Shown here: piece after piece, positions 52,501 to 61,159 of the stretch
Layout of the letters: the number at the start of each line of letters is the position of its first letter
Position numbering within the stretch: position 1 is the stretch's first letter
DNA from: an uncultured Spartobacteria bacterium
GTDB lineage: Bacteria; Verrucomicrobiota; Verrucomicrobiia; Chthoniobacterales; UBA6821
Length of the DNA: 63,586 nucleotides
Assembly: GCA_903868795.1 (NCBI GenBank)
Contig: CAIPWR010000048.1
Span: forward strand, 1-63,586
Direction: 5' to 3'
Notes under the pieces: generated by a model
What the model was told of the DNA's origin: nothing
Databases searched by the model: none
The model's input: only the letters and a program-made list of their open reading frames with translations
Position numbers and translations under genes: made by a program

Positions 52501-52745
52501 CGACTGCTGCGGCATTGCTTGGTGCAGTACCTTTGGCTCTTCAGTCGGGCACGGGATCGGAACTTCGCAAGCCCTTGGGTATTGCGATCGTTGGGGGACT
52601 ACTCCTTTCCCAATTCATCACGCTCTACACCACTCCTGTCATCTACCTCTATCTCGACAGACTGGAATGCTGGATTGCAAAGGTGTGGCCCTCTGAGCAC
52701 CGGAATGACCACACGCATGCAGACGACGCCTCGGTAGTCCCATGA
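49590..52745 (+). CDS. mdtB: RND efflux permease, MdtB type
   Basis: KVNPADAPI, GFVVDDAIVMIENI, IGIVKKNAIMM and RFRPIMMTT. Confidence 0.88.
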   Translation: MNISEPFIKRPIATSLLMVALVLVGILGYRSLPVSALPTVDFPTIQVTSQYPGADPEVMASLVTAPLEKQFGQISGLSSMNSISSLGTSVITLQFVLGKNIDQASQDVQAAINAAGGVLPQNMPNPPVYNKVNPADAPILTLAITSENLPLVKVNDFADSVLAQKLSEIPGVGLVTIQGNQKPAVRVKVNPAALDAQGISLETVRNTINQANANAPKGSFNGTHQSFTIGANDQILSAEDLSPLILAYNPKNNAPVRLQDVATIQNGVENSLIQAWVSTAKRPYHQAVLLDIQRQPGANIIDTVDRVKALLPKLTASLPPGMHISIFSDRTETIRASVKDVQFTLLLTVVLVVLVLLLFLRKITATLIPSVALPLSVLGTFAFMYVAGYSLDNLSLMALTISTGFVVDDAIVMIENIVRYIEMGESPFEAALKGARQIGFTVISLSISLIAVFIPLLLMSGIVGRLFREFAITLSCSVVVSALVSLTLTPMMCSRMLRREHQSEQHKETGVSGFLEHGFERLLWHYDRTLLWVLRHQFLTLIVAILTLVATAWLFVIIPKGLLPIQDTGLLIGVTDAAQDISFKQMADRQKELSAVIANDPDVLRVAAFVGTGVVNPTQNTGRFYIVLKPREERRAIQPIMERISEAAHKVQGITLYLQPSQDLQIDTRISRTQFQYLLEDVDPATLRKWVPLLLEKLRASPTLEDVASDQQDLGLQLEITIDRVAASRLNVPVQAIDDTLYDAFGQRQISVIYTQLNQYRIVMENAGKYRNSPDDLGKIYVSSTTGKLVPLSTLVSVKTRPSPLLITHQGQFPSTTISFNLAQGHSLGEAVKVIQRAEHSIGMPDSVQTQFLGSVAEFRSSLASEPLLILAAIIVIYIVLGVLYESYIHPITILSTLPSAGVGALLALFFCHEEFSLVALIGIILLIGIVKKNAIMMIDFTLDLRRQSEVTARQAIYRACLLRFRPIMMTTAAALLGAVPLALQSGTGSELRKPLGIAIVGGLLLSQFITLYTTPVIYLYLDRLECWIAKVWPSEHRNDHTHADDASVVP

Positions 52746-55700
52746 ACATCTCGGCTCCCTTCATCGGGCGACCTATCGGGACATTCCTCCTTGCTCTGGG
52801 ACTGCTGTTGCTGGGAACTACCGCTTATTTCTTCCTGCCGATTGCCCCATTGCCGAATGTTGATCTTCCGACAATCAGCGTGAGCGCATCGTTACCGGGC
52901 GTTGATCCCGAGACGGCGGCAACTTCGCTTGCTGCTCCTCTTGAGAAGCGTCTTGGTCAGATTCCGGGTGTGGTCGAGATGACTTCATCAAGCACGATGG
53001 GCGGGACATCGATCACCATCCAGTTTGACATCGACAGGAATATCGATGGAGCCGCGAGGGACGTTCAGGCGGCCATCAATGCAGCATCCCATGACCTTCC
53101 TCCCAACCTTCCCTCTCATCCGACCTATCGTAAGGTGAATGCAGCCGGTGCTCCGGTGATGATTCTGGCGATGACCTCCGATACCGTACCGCTCTCTGAG
53201 GTCTATAATCTGGCCGACGGGGTTGTTTCCCAGCGGTTGAGTCAGGTGCAGGGGGTGAGTCAAGTTCCCCTCTTCGGTGGTGCGAAAACCGCTGTCCGTG
53301 TTCAAGTCGATCCGGCGCGTTTGGCGAGTCTGGGGATGAGTCTGAACGACATGCAGAATTTTCTGACCAATGCCAATCACTATGCCCCATTGGGTGCCAT
53401 AGAAAGTCAGGGGAGGGCCTTCAATATCCGAGTCAACGATCAGCTCATGGATGCATCGGACTACCAGTCGCTGGTCATTGCCCAGACAACCAACGGAATT
53501 CCGATTCCTCTGTCATCAATCGCCAGCGTGGTGAATGGGACAGAGAATATCTTTCAAGGCGGCTGGGTGAATGGAAAACGTGCCGTAATCATGCCTGTCT
53601 TCAAGGATTCCGATGCGAATGTGATCGAGATCGTCTCCCATATTCAGAAAATGCTTCCCCTGCTCAGAAGCTGGCTTCCTCCCGGCGTCCATCTGATTGT
53701 GGTCAGTGACCGAACCCAGACGATCCGCGCCTCGGTGAACGATGTCCAGTTCACGCTTATCCTCACCAGCGCCCTGGTCATATTGGTCATGTTTCTCTTT
53801 CTGCGACGTCTTGGCCCGACCTTTGTTGCCGGCATCACGGTGCCGCTTGCCCTGGCCGGGACGTTCGCCGTCATGTGGTTATGCGACTACAGTCTCGATA
53901 ATCTCTCGTTGATGGCCCTTACCGTTTCCGTTGGGTTCCTCGTCGACGATGCCATCGTCGTTATCGAGAATATCGTGCGATTGATTGAAGGTGGCATGTC
54001 GCCGAGAGAAGCCTCCCTTTTAGGAGCACGCCAGATCGGCTTCACGGTGATCTCCATGAGCCTTTCGCTGATCGCGGTGTTTTTACCCATCCTGATGATG
54101 GGGGGAATCATCGGCAGGCTTTTTCATGAATTTGCAATTACGCTGAGTGCTTCCATCGTCGTCTCAGCCATCATTTCCCTTACGCTAACACCGACACTTT
54201 GCGCCCGATTGCTTCGGACGGGGGATGATGTGCAGGAAGGACGTTTCGGCATATGGCTTGAGTCCCGCTTTGAGCAGTGTTTCCAGCTTTACCGGACAGG
54301 GCTTGATTGGGTCCTCGCACATTCACGCTTCACGCTTCTGTTTTTCCTTCTCAGTGTCATCGGAACGATCGTGCTCTACGGGCTTGTCCCCAAGGGATTG
54401 TTTCCTCAGCAGGATACCGGATTGATGTTCGGGGCTACCGAAGGATCTCAGGATATCTCCTACACTGCGATGGAGAGGAAGCAGAAAGCGGTTGCGAAGA
54501 TTATCTCGGAGGATCCTGCCGTGGGTAGCGTGGCCTCCGTCATCAGTCCGTCAGGCGGCAATGCACTCAACAGTGGCAGAATCTACATTTCCCTGAAGCC
54601 TCTTGATCAGAGGAAAATCGCCGTGGATGGTGTGATCAATCGACTCCGTCCAAAAATGGCCGCGGTTAAGGGGATACGGGTCTACCTGAGTCCGGCACAG
54701 GATCTCCGCATGGGAGGACGACTTTCCAGAGCCCAGTACCAATATGCCCTGAGTTCCGACTCGGTCGGTGCCTTACTCAAGTGGGCACCCCGACTGGTCG
54801 AAAGGTTAAAAACCTATCCCCAACTTGCTGACCTGAATAGCGATCAGCAATTTCAGGGACTTCAGGTGAAGGTCGTGGTGGATCGGACGCTCGCAGGAAG
54901 CCTTGGTATCCAGCCCTCCCAGATCGATTCCGTCCTTAACAATGCCTTCGGACAAAATCAGGTTTCCAACATGTATTCAACGATCAACCAGTTCCATGTG
55001 GTTCTTGTTGCTAACCCGGAGCTTTTGGAAGACCCCAGCTATCTGAATAAAATCTATGTGAAATCCTCCGCTGGAAAGATGCTTCCATTGAGTTCAATCG
55101 CTCACTTTGAACACACGAACATGCCTCTTTCCTTGAATCATCAGGGACAGTTCCCCGTCGTGACCTTTTCCTTCAATCTGATGCCCGGAGTTTCCTTAGG
55201 GGAAGCTGAGCAACTCATCGCTCAGGCGGAGGAGGAGTTGAAAATGCCAGCCACCATTCGGGGAAGTTTTGTCGGGAATGCCCTGCTTTTCCAACAATCG
55301 CAGTCCTCACAGCCGATCCTTATTCTTGCGGCCATCCTGACAGTGTACATCGTCCTGGGAATGCTCTATGAGAGTCTGATCCACCCCCTGACGATCCTCT
55401 CCACCATCCCGACAGCAGGTCTGGGGGCGTTGCTGGCTCTGATCCTGACAGGGATGGAACTGAGTATTGTCGCGATGATCGGCATCATTCTCCTGGTGGG
55501 TATTGTGAAGAAGAACGCGATCATGATGGTTGATTTCGCCATTACGGCACAACGCGAGCGTGGCATAACGCCCCGCAATGCCATTTACGAAGCCTGTCTG
55601 GTTCGTTTCCGACCTATCTTGATGACCAGTGCGGCTGCCATCTGCGGTTCTATTCCTTTGGCGATCGGGATGGGCGTCGGATCGGAGCTCCGTCAACCCC

Positions 55701-55900
55701 TCGGCGTTGCCATCGTCGGCGGTCTCTTGGTCTCCCAGATCCTGACCCTATTCACCACGCCTGTGGTTTATCTGGCGATGGAGCACCTGCGGGAAAGCGG
55801 GAAAAGACGCTGGGAGCGTTTTTCCCAATTTGTGAGGCGAATCGGGTGGTTTGGGCGTTTTGCTAAAAACGGCCCCCAGGCAGATTCTCCAGTTCCCTGA
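52742..55900 (+). CDS. mdtC: RND efflux permease, MdtC type
   Basis: Second RND paralog: SASLPG.DPET.A.S.A.PLE, VDDAIVVIENI and RFRPILMT. Confidence 0.86.
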   Translation: MNISAPFIGRPIGTFLLALGLLLLGTTAYFFLPIAPLPNVDLPTISVSASLPGVDPETAATSLAAPLEKRLGQIPGVVEMTSSSTMGGTSITIQFDIDRNIDGAARDVQAAINAASHDLPPNLPSHPTYRKVNAAGAPVMILAMTSDTVPLSEVYNLADGVVSQRLSQVQGVSQVPLFGGAKTAVRVQVDPARLASLGMSLNDMQNFLTNANHYAPLGAIESQGRAFNIRVNDQLMDASDYQSLVIAQTTNGIPIPLSSIASVVNGTENIFQGGWVNGKRAVIMPVFKDSDANVIEIVSHIQKMLPLLRSWLPPGVHLIVVSDRTQTIRASVNDVQFTLILTSALVILVMFLFLRRLGPTFVAGITVPLALAGTFAVMWLCDYSLDNLSLMALTVSVGFLVDDAIVVIENIVRLIEGGMSPREASLLGARQIGFTVISMSLSLIAVFLPILMMGGIIGRLFHEFAITLSASIVVSAIISLTLTPTLCARLLRTGDDVQEGRFGIWLESRFEQCFQLYRTGLDWVLAHSRFTLLFFLLSVIGTIVLYGLVPKGLFPQQDTGLMFGATEGSQDISYTAMERKQKAVAKIISEDPAVGSVASVISPSGGNALNSGRIYISLKPLDQRKIAVDGVINRLRPKMAAVKGIRVYLSPAQDLRMGGRLSRAQYQYALSSDSVGALLKWAPRLVERLKTYPQLADLNSDQQFQGLQVKVVVDRTLAGSLGIQPSQIDSVLNNAFGQNQVSNMYSTINQFHVVLVANPELLEDPSYLNKIYVKSSAGKMLPLSSIAHFEHTNMPLSLNHQGQFPVVTFSFNLMPGVSLGEAEQLIAQAEEELKMPATIRGSFVGNALLFQQSQSSQPILILAAILTVYIVLGMLYESLIHPLTILSTIPTAGLGALLALILTGMELSIVAMIGIILLVGIVKKNAIMMVDFAITAQRERGITPRNAIYEACLVRFRPILMTSAAAICGSIPLAIGMGVGSELRQPLGVAIVGGLLVSQILTLFTTPVVYLAMEHLRESGKRRWERFSQFVRRIGWFGRFAKNGPQADSPVP

Positions 55901-56507
55901 GGAAGACTTCAGCTCCAAGATCAGCGACTTCTCGGGTCTCCAGATCCCGACCGCACTCCGCTGAGAGTGAGGTCATGGCGACCCCCGCGATACCGCAGGG
56001 GGTGATCGCGTTGAATCCCGGGAGGTCCCGCGCCACATTGAGTGCAAATCCATGCATCGAGATCCAGCGCCGAACACCGACACCGAGGGAAGTGATCTTG
56101 CGATCCTCCACCCAGACGCCGGTCAGTCCATCTCTGCGGATTCCTGTGACCGAATACTCCGCCATGATCTTGATGATCACCTCTTCAAGAAACCGTAGGT
56201 ATCTGTGAAGATCACGCCCCCGGCAGTTCAGATCCAGGATCGGGTAGCCGACCAACTGACCTGGACCATGGTAGGTGGCCTGCCCGCCTCGGTTCGTCCG
56301 ATGGACGGGGTGGGGGAGGTTCATTTCCTCGCCGAGGCTGGATTCATCACGGGAGCGTCCCATCGTGTAGACGGGATCGTGTTCGAGAAGCAGGAGCGTG
56401 TCGCCTGCCTTTCCGGCCATTTTATCCCGAACCAATGATTCCTGAAGCTCTAGCCCTTCCTCATAACTGATCCGCCCAAGCCAACGGGTCTGGAGATTCG
56501 TACTCAT
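55863..56507 (-). CDS. lipB: Lipoyl(octanoyl) transferase
   Basis: EHDPVYT.G, RGGQATYHGPGQLVGYP, HGFALN and PCG. Confidence 0.95.
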   Translation of the reverse strand: MSTNLQTRWLGRISYEEGLELQESLVRDKMAGKAGDTLLLLEHDPVYTMGRSRDESSLGEEMNLPHPVHRTNRGGQATYHGPGQLVGYPILDLNCRGRDLHRYLRFLEEVIIKIMAEYSVTGIRRDGLTGVWVEDRKITSLGVGVRRWISMHGFALNVARDLPGFNAITPCGIAGVAMTSLSAECGRDLETREVADLGAEVFLRELENLPGGRF

Positions 56508-57007
56508 TTGCCGCGTGTGGCTGTCACCTTAAGAACCGGAGAAGCGATTGTTCGAAGGTGAGTCAGGCCGATGGCAAGGGCATCCGCGGCATCGCTGGGA
56601 GGTGTTTCCGTCAGACCCAGGAGGGCTCGGATCATGAAGGCAACCTGTTCTTTGGCCGCAGCTCCCTTGCCAACCACGGCTTGCTTGACGCGCTTCGGGG
56701 GATATTCATGAACCGAGAGTCCTCTCTGGGCCGCGGCCAGTACAGCGACTCCCCGTGCGGCCCCTAGAATGATCGCCGTGGCATAACTCTGGACGAAAAT
56801 GACTTTTTCAATGGCAAGAGCCGTTGGAGCATGGCGCTCGATCGCACTTCCTAGTGCCTCATGAATCGCAATGAGGCATCCCTCTTGTGAAAGGGAGGGA
56901 TGGTTTTTAATCACGGAGTACTCGAGACAACGCGTTTTCCCCTTGGACTCTTCAAGAATGGCAAATCCAGTTCCACGAAGCGATGGATCGACTGCTAAAA
57001 TGCGCAT
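56504..57007 (-). CDS. ruvC: Holliday junction resolvase
   Basis: ILAVDP, AIE, VKQAVVG.G.A.KEQV and DAADALAIG. Confidence 0.95.
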   Translation of the reverse strand: MRILAVDPSLRGTGFAILEESKGKTRCLEYSVIKNHPSLSQEGCLIAIHEALGSAIERHAPTALAIEKVIFVQSYATAIILGAARGVAVLAAAQRGLSVHEYPPKRVKQAVVGKGAAAKEQVAFMIRALLGLTETPPSDAADALAIGLTHLRTIASPVLKVTATRGK

Positions 57008-57115
57008 GGTTCTAAGACTGCGATGAAATCACGGGTGGACCTTTCAACAACAATCAAAAGCAGCCTTTCCCAAAAAGAAAAGAGAAAGGTCAGACTCTCC
57101 GGAGAGGGAGTCGAC

Positions 57116-57298
57116 TCAATGACCACCCTGGGGCATGAAGCCACCCAAGGCACCCGAACCCTCCCAACTTGCCGGCTTATTCCAAGGGATTGAGCTGACA
57201 GCAGCGCTTTCCGGTGTGGTAATATCGGTGCTTGGGACAGTGGAACAACCAGCAAGCAGTAGCGTGAAGAGAATCAGGATGATCCCGAATCGGTTCAT
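57116..57298 (-). CDS. 60-aa small lipoprotein
   Basis: Lipobox LAGC and an SSIPWNKPASWEG motif. ATG overlaps the upstream gene's stop. Confidence 0.75.
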   Translation of the reverse strand: MNRFGIILILFTLLLAGCSTVPSTDITTPESAAVSSIPWNKPASWEGSGALGGFMPQGGH

Positions 57299-58113
57299 GG
57301 ATTCGTCTTGTTATCCGAGGAATCGTCACCAGGACCGGAATAGATCACGGAATCACCAGGTTGGACGCTCAGTCCAGAGCGGACACTGTTGACAACGATG
57401 TCGGCGATCGATGTGGAGGGTTCGACGGAGGTGATGCGTACCTTACCAATAAGCTGCGATCCGCGTTTGATGAGCATCTCTGCATTGTTCACTACCCCGT
57501 TACGGTCCCCAAGGCTCAGAACTACGAAATTCCAAGAGGGATTCACTGCTAGGATCCGTCCTTCAAGGCCGCTACGCATCGACTTGCTACGGCGCTGTGC
57601 TTCCCGTTCCTTGAGCGCTGCGAGCTGGCTCTCCTGGTCCTTGAGCTTGGTCTGAAGGCTGGTGGTCAAGATATCCTTTTCCTCAAGCTGTTTCTTGAGA
57701 TCTTCAGACGGAGCGGCGACGGGCTTGGCCGTGGAGTTCACCTTAGCCTCAAGATCCGTGATGTGGGCATCCTTGGCAGCCATGTCGGCTTTCTGTTGGG
57801 CAATGGTTGCATCCCTGTCGGCAACCTGCTTCTGCACATCGGCTACACCACTCGAGGATTTTGCAATTTGAGCCTTTAGGTCGGTGTTCTCTGAGGCGAG
57901 TTTCTCCTGGTCGGTGCTGACAAGAGCGAGCTTTTCGGTCTTCGCCTTACCGTCAGCCAACGCCGCGGTCAGACTCTTGTTTGCTTTTTCCAATTGTTGC
58001 TTGGTCGAATCCGTATCGGCTTTCACGGCGACAAGCTTGCCATGGTTCAGATAACCGAGACCTGCTGCAGCAAGAGAGAGAACTGCTGCGACGATGATGA
58101 GTATTTTTTGCAT
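57295..58113 (-). CDS. Membrane-anchored coiled-coil protein with a C-terminal beta domain, function unknown
   Basis: N-terminal TM (MQKILIIVAAVLSLAAAGLGY), long heptad region, then GRILAVNPSWNFVVL...VQPGDSV. Start at ATG 58113. Confidence 0.75.
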   Translation of the reverse strand: MQKILIIVAAVLSLAAAGLGYLNHGKLVAVKADTDSTKQQLEKANKSLTAALADGKAKTEKLALVSTDQEKLASENTDLKAQIAKSSSGVADVQKQVADRDATIAQQKADMAAKDAHITDLEAKVNSTAKPVAAPSEDLKKQLEEKDILTTSLQTKLKDQESQLAALKEREAQRRSKSMRSGLEGRILAVNPSWNFVVLSLGDRNGVVNNAEMLIKRGSQLIGKVRITSVEPSTSIADIVVNSVRSGLSVQPGDSVIYSGPGDDSSDNKTNP

Positions 58114-58218
58114 TACGGGGGACGAGAGGCGAATATCTTTAGGGGGATTGGAATTATTTCTCAAGTATCAAAAAGCTACTTCCTGGATTGTTTTAATTTT
58201 TCCTTGCACTAGTATCAA

Positions 58219-58313
58219 GGAGTCAGGGGCTATGGATGAAAGACCGGCGAACCCCGCCAGGGCAGGAATGCAGCAACGGCAGCCAGCTCTCTCTTGCCGT
58301 AGTTCCCTGACAC
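58219..58313 (+). ncRNA. ffs: Signal recognition particle 4.5S RNA
   Basis: Domain IV core GAACCCCGCCAGG-GCA-GGAA-TGC-AGCAACGG. Terminal helix GTCAGGGGCTATGG/CCGTAGTTCCCTGAC, followed by a T7 tract. Confidence 0.88.
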
Positions 58314-58381
58314 TTTTTTTGCTTTGTTATGATCTTTGGATTCTTTCTTTCGGTATGATTAAAAACAGCTAGAAACAAGGG

Positions 58382-59746
58382 ATGCGTCACGGTCGTTTCG
58401 AAGAAGCCATGTCCACCCTCCTCAGGGATTACGGTCAGTCCGTTTCCTTTGACTGGAGACTCTACCGACACGATATCCTTGGCAGTATCGCTCACGCGCG
58501 GGCCCTGATGAAGGCCGGGTTCCTTACCGGGGAGGAGTTTGCCGCTATTGAGACAGGGTTGAAAACCATTGGAGAGGAGATCACAGCGGGCACGTTTGCC
58601 TTCTCTGTCGATCTTGAGGATATCCACATGAACATTGAGAAGGAGCTGACCAACCGCATCGGGGATGCCGGTGCCAAGCTCCACACTGCCCGAAGCCGCA
58701 ATGATCAGGTCGCTACCGACATCCGGCTCTATCTCCGTGATGAGATATCGTCGCTTCAGGATGGGGTGAGGGGATTGCAGGATGCCTTGGTAGGACTCGC
58801 CTCGGAGAATGAGTCGGTACTCATCCCTGGATACACCCACCTTCAGCGGGCCCAGCCGGTTCCTCTGGCTCATCATCTGCTGGCTTATGTCGAGATGCTG
58901 CACCGTGATCATGGACGTCTTGCCGATACGGCTCTCCGCATGGATGAGTTACCGCTTGGCTCCGGGGCTCTTGCCGCGTCAACCCTGCTGCTCGATCGTG
59001 AAGCAATTGCCAAGGAACTCGGGTTCTCAAGGGTGACCCAGAACAGTCTCGATGGCGTCAGCGACCGTGACTTCGCGCTCGAACTGCTCTCGGCCCTCGC
59101 GATTCTGGGAATGCATCTTTCGAGACTTTCGGAAGATGTCGTTCTTTGGACGACTGCTGAGTTTGGCTTTGCCCGTCTCAGCGACCGCCACTCCACAGGC
59201 TCCAGCCTGATGCCACAGAAGAAGAATCCCGATATTGCCGAGCTAACTCGAGGTAAGACTGGTCGCCTTTATGGCAATCTCTTCCGTCTCTTGACCGTCC
59301 TTAAAGGACTTCCGATGGCTTACAACCGCGATCTTCAAGAGGATAAGGAAGCCGTTTTTGATTCTGTCGACACCGCCAAGATGGCCCTAGCCGTCACGGC
59401 TGAGATGATGAGTGCCCTGATTATCAACAAGGAGACCGCTACCACTTCCGCCAGTGACCCGGCGCTTCTTGCTACGGATCTCGCTGACGAACTCGTCCGC
59501 AAGAATATCCCCTTCCGCAAAGCTCACGACCTTGTCGGCAAACTTGCTGCCGAATCCGCCAAGACAGGTATTCCTCTCGATAGGCTTCCTAAGGAATTCA
59601 TTCAAGAGATCTGCCCGGAACTCAGCGGGGAGTGGGAAGGCTTGTTCGACCCGATCCGTTCGCTGAAGGCCCGTGCTGCAACTGGTGGTCCCTCTCCGGA
59701 AAATGTTGCCAAGCGCCTTGCCCACTGGAAAAAGGTCCTCGCTTAG
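58382..59746 (+). CDS. argH: Argininosuccinate lyase
   Basis: EDIH, HTARSRNDQ, PGYTHLQRAQP, GSSLMPQKKNP and YNRDLQEDK. Confidence 0.97.
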   Translation: MRHGRFEEAMSTLLRDYGQSVSFDWRLYRHDILGSIAHARALMKAGFLTGEEFAAIETGLKTIGEEITAGTFAFSVDLEDIHMNIEKELTNRIGDAGAKLHTARSRNDQVATDIRLYLRDEISSLQDGVRGLQDALVGLASENESVLIPGYTHLQRAQPVPLAHHLLAYVEMLHRDHGRLADTALRMDELPLGSGALAASTLLLDREAIAKELGFSRVTQNSLDGVSDRDFALELLSALAILGMHLSRLSEDVVLWTTAEFGFARLSDRHSTGSSLMPQKKNPDIAELTRGKTGRLYGNLFRLLTVLKGLPMAYNRDLQEDKEAVFDSVDTAKMALAVTAEMMSALIINKETATTSASDPALLATDLADELVRKNIPFRKAHDLVGKLAAESAKTGIPLDRLPKEFIQEICPELSGEWEGLFDPIRSLKARAATGGPSPENVAKRLAHWKKVLA

Positions 59747-59776
59747 TCGAGGCTCAAGGAATCCCGATCGATCTCG

Positions 59777-60553
59777 ATGGAATTGAAGAATATCTTCGCC
59801 TTCCGTGAGCAGGACGACGATGCGCGTCCCTTCATGGATCATCTCGGTGACCTTCGTGTGATGATCATCCGGATTGCACTGACGCTGGTATTGGCCATGG
59901 TCGGCGCTTTTTTCTTCCGAGGCATCCTTGCCACCGTTGTCCAGCGACCCTTGATCGCTGTCGATCCGGTCAGGGCCAATTCCCTACAGTCCCTCGGAGT
60001 GGCCGACTCCATGACGATCTCTCTGGAGCTTTCCTTCTACGCAGGACTTATCATTTCCTTCCCGATCATCCTGACCTTTATTGCCCAATTCCTTTTTCCC
60101 GCACTCAAGCCAAGCGAGCGGAAGATCCTCCTGCCGGTGGCGGTCTTCGGCCTCTCCCTTTTCCTTGCCGGCATCCTCTTTGCCTATTTCGTGGTGCTCC
60201 CCGGCACACTTGATTTCTTCTTCAAGGATGCCAAGTCGATGCACTGGACTCCGACTTGGACCGTGCGCGAGTACTATTCCTTCACCACACAATTCCTCAT
60301 TGCCTTCGGTGTCGCCTTCGAGATGCCGATCGTCGTCCTGGCACTTGTGAAAATCGGCCTCCTGACCGCCGAGAAACTCCGCAAGGCCCGCTCGGTCGCC
60401 ATTGTGACCATCTTTACCGTTGCTGCATTCATCACCCCATCCCCTGATCTCGTGACGTACCTCCTCATGGGCGGACCGATGGTGGTGCTCTATGAGTTTT
60501 GTATTTGGCTGGCCAGATGGGTTGAGCCAAGCACTGAGAATGTAGCAGAATAA
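59777..60553 (+). CDS. tatC: Twin-arginine translocase subunit C
   Basis: PFMDHL.DLR, FL.PAL...E, FEMP, AAFITP.PD and LYE. Confidence 0.93.
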   Translation: MELKNIFAFREQDDDARPFMDHLGDLRVMIIRIALTLVLAMVGAFFFRGILATVVQRPLIAVDPVRANSLQSLGVADSMTISLELSFYAGLIISFPIILTFIAQFLFPALKPSERKILLPVAVFGLSLFLAGILFAYFVVLPGTLDFFFKDAKSMHWTPTWTVREYYSFTTQFLIAFGVAFEMPIVVLALVKIGLLTAEKLRKARSVAIVTIFTVAAFITPSPDLVTYLLMGGPMVVLYEFCIWLARWVEPSTENVAE

Positions 60554-60558
60554 AAAGT

Positions 60559-60717
60559 CTCCCGCGGTGGCGCAGAGGCGCGGAGAGGAGAAGTGGTGAC
60601 CGAGTGGATTTTCTGAAAGCCGAGAGATGATAGGGAATTATCCCCATCTTGATTTTCTTCAAGGTTGAGTCGACATTTCAGTCCGCCTCTGCGTCTTGCT
60701 CCGCGCCTCTGCGGGAG
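60559..60717. repeat. MITE/REP-like ~160-bp inverted-repeat element
   Basis: CGCAGAGGCGCGGAG (60571-60585) is the exact reverse complement of CTCCGCGCCTCTGCG (60699-60713). Outer ends are CTCCCGC/GCGGGAG, with 8-nt internal periodicity. Confidence 0.7.
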
Positions 60718-60731
60718 TACTTGCTGTTAAG

Positions 60732-60763
60732 AAAAAAGGCCGTGCCCTTTCGAGCACGGCCTT
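60732..60763 (-). terminator. Intrinsic terminator for rpsA-grx
   Basis: AAAAAA-GGCCGTGC-CCTTTCGA-GCACGGCC on the + strand, giving a stem-loop plus U-tract on the - strand. Confidence 0.8.
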
Positions 60764-60784
60764 CTTCTTGAGTTGTTTGAAACC

Positions 60785-61141
60785 TCAGAGGTTCATCTTG
60801 ATGCCCTGGGACGCTGCTTGTGCCATGGCGGCGTGCTGGGCGTCGGTGCAGGGGGCGTTCAGCGGTACGTCCGTCTTCACGTCGTTCGCTGTGACGATCC
60901 CCTGCTCGAGCATGTAGGCCTCGACTTCCTCTCCACTGATGTCCGGCAGCATGACCCCGTTGATCTCCACACAAGGGGAGAGGGGTTGTCCGCTGCGCTG
61001 CTCCATCTCGAACCGGAAAGCCGGATTCTGGATGATGTCCTTCTCGGTGTAGGTGAGGGAGTACTTGTCCATGATGGCACGCACTCCCTTGCTCCATCCG
61101 CAAGAGGTCTTGAGGTAGGCGGTGATTTCTGGCTGTGACAT
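60785..61141 (-). CDS. Monothiol glutaredoxin-like protein (CGWS)
   Basis: YLKTSCGWS, SGQPLSP (cis-Pro loop) and VEING; thioredoxin-fold pattern. Confidence 0.8.
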   Translation of the reverse strand: MSQPEITAYLKTSCGWSKGVRAIMDKYSLTYTEKDIIQNPAFRFEMEQRSGQPLSPCVEINGVMLPDISGEEVEAYMLEQGIVTANDVKTDVPLNAPCTDAQHAAMAQAASQGIKMNL

Positions 61142-61159
61142 GGTGTGGGTAGCGAAGGG

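Noticed and set aside
58355-58384. In-frame ATG...TAG upstream of argH suggesting readthrough or a leader peptide
   Set aside because: Only five codons with no Arg codons. ArgH is complete from 58382, and TATGAT there is as easily a -10 box.
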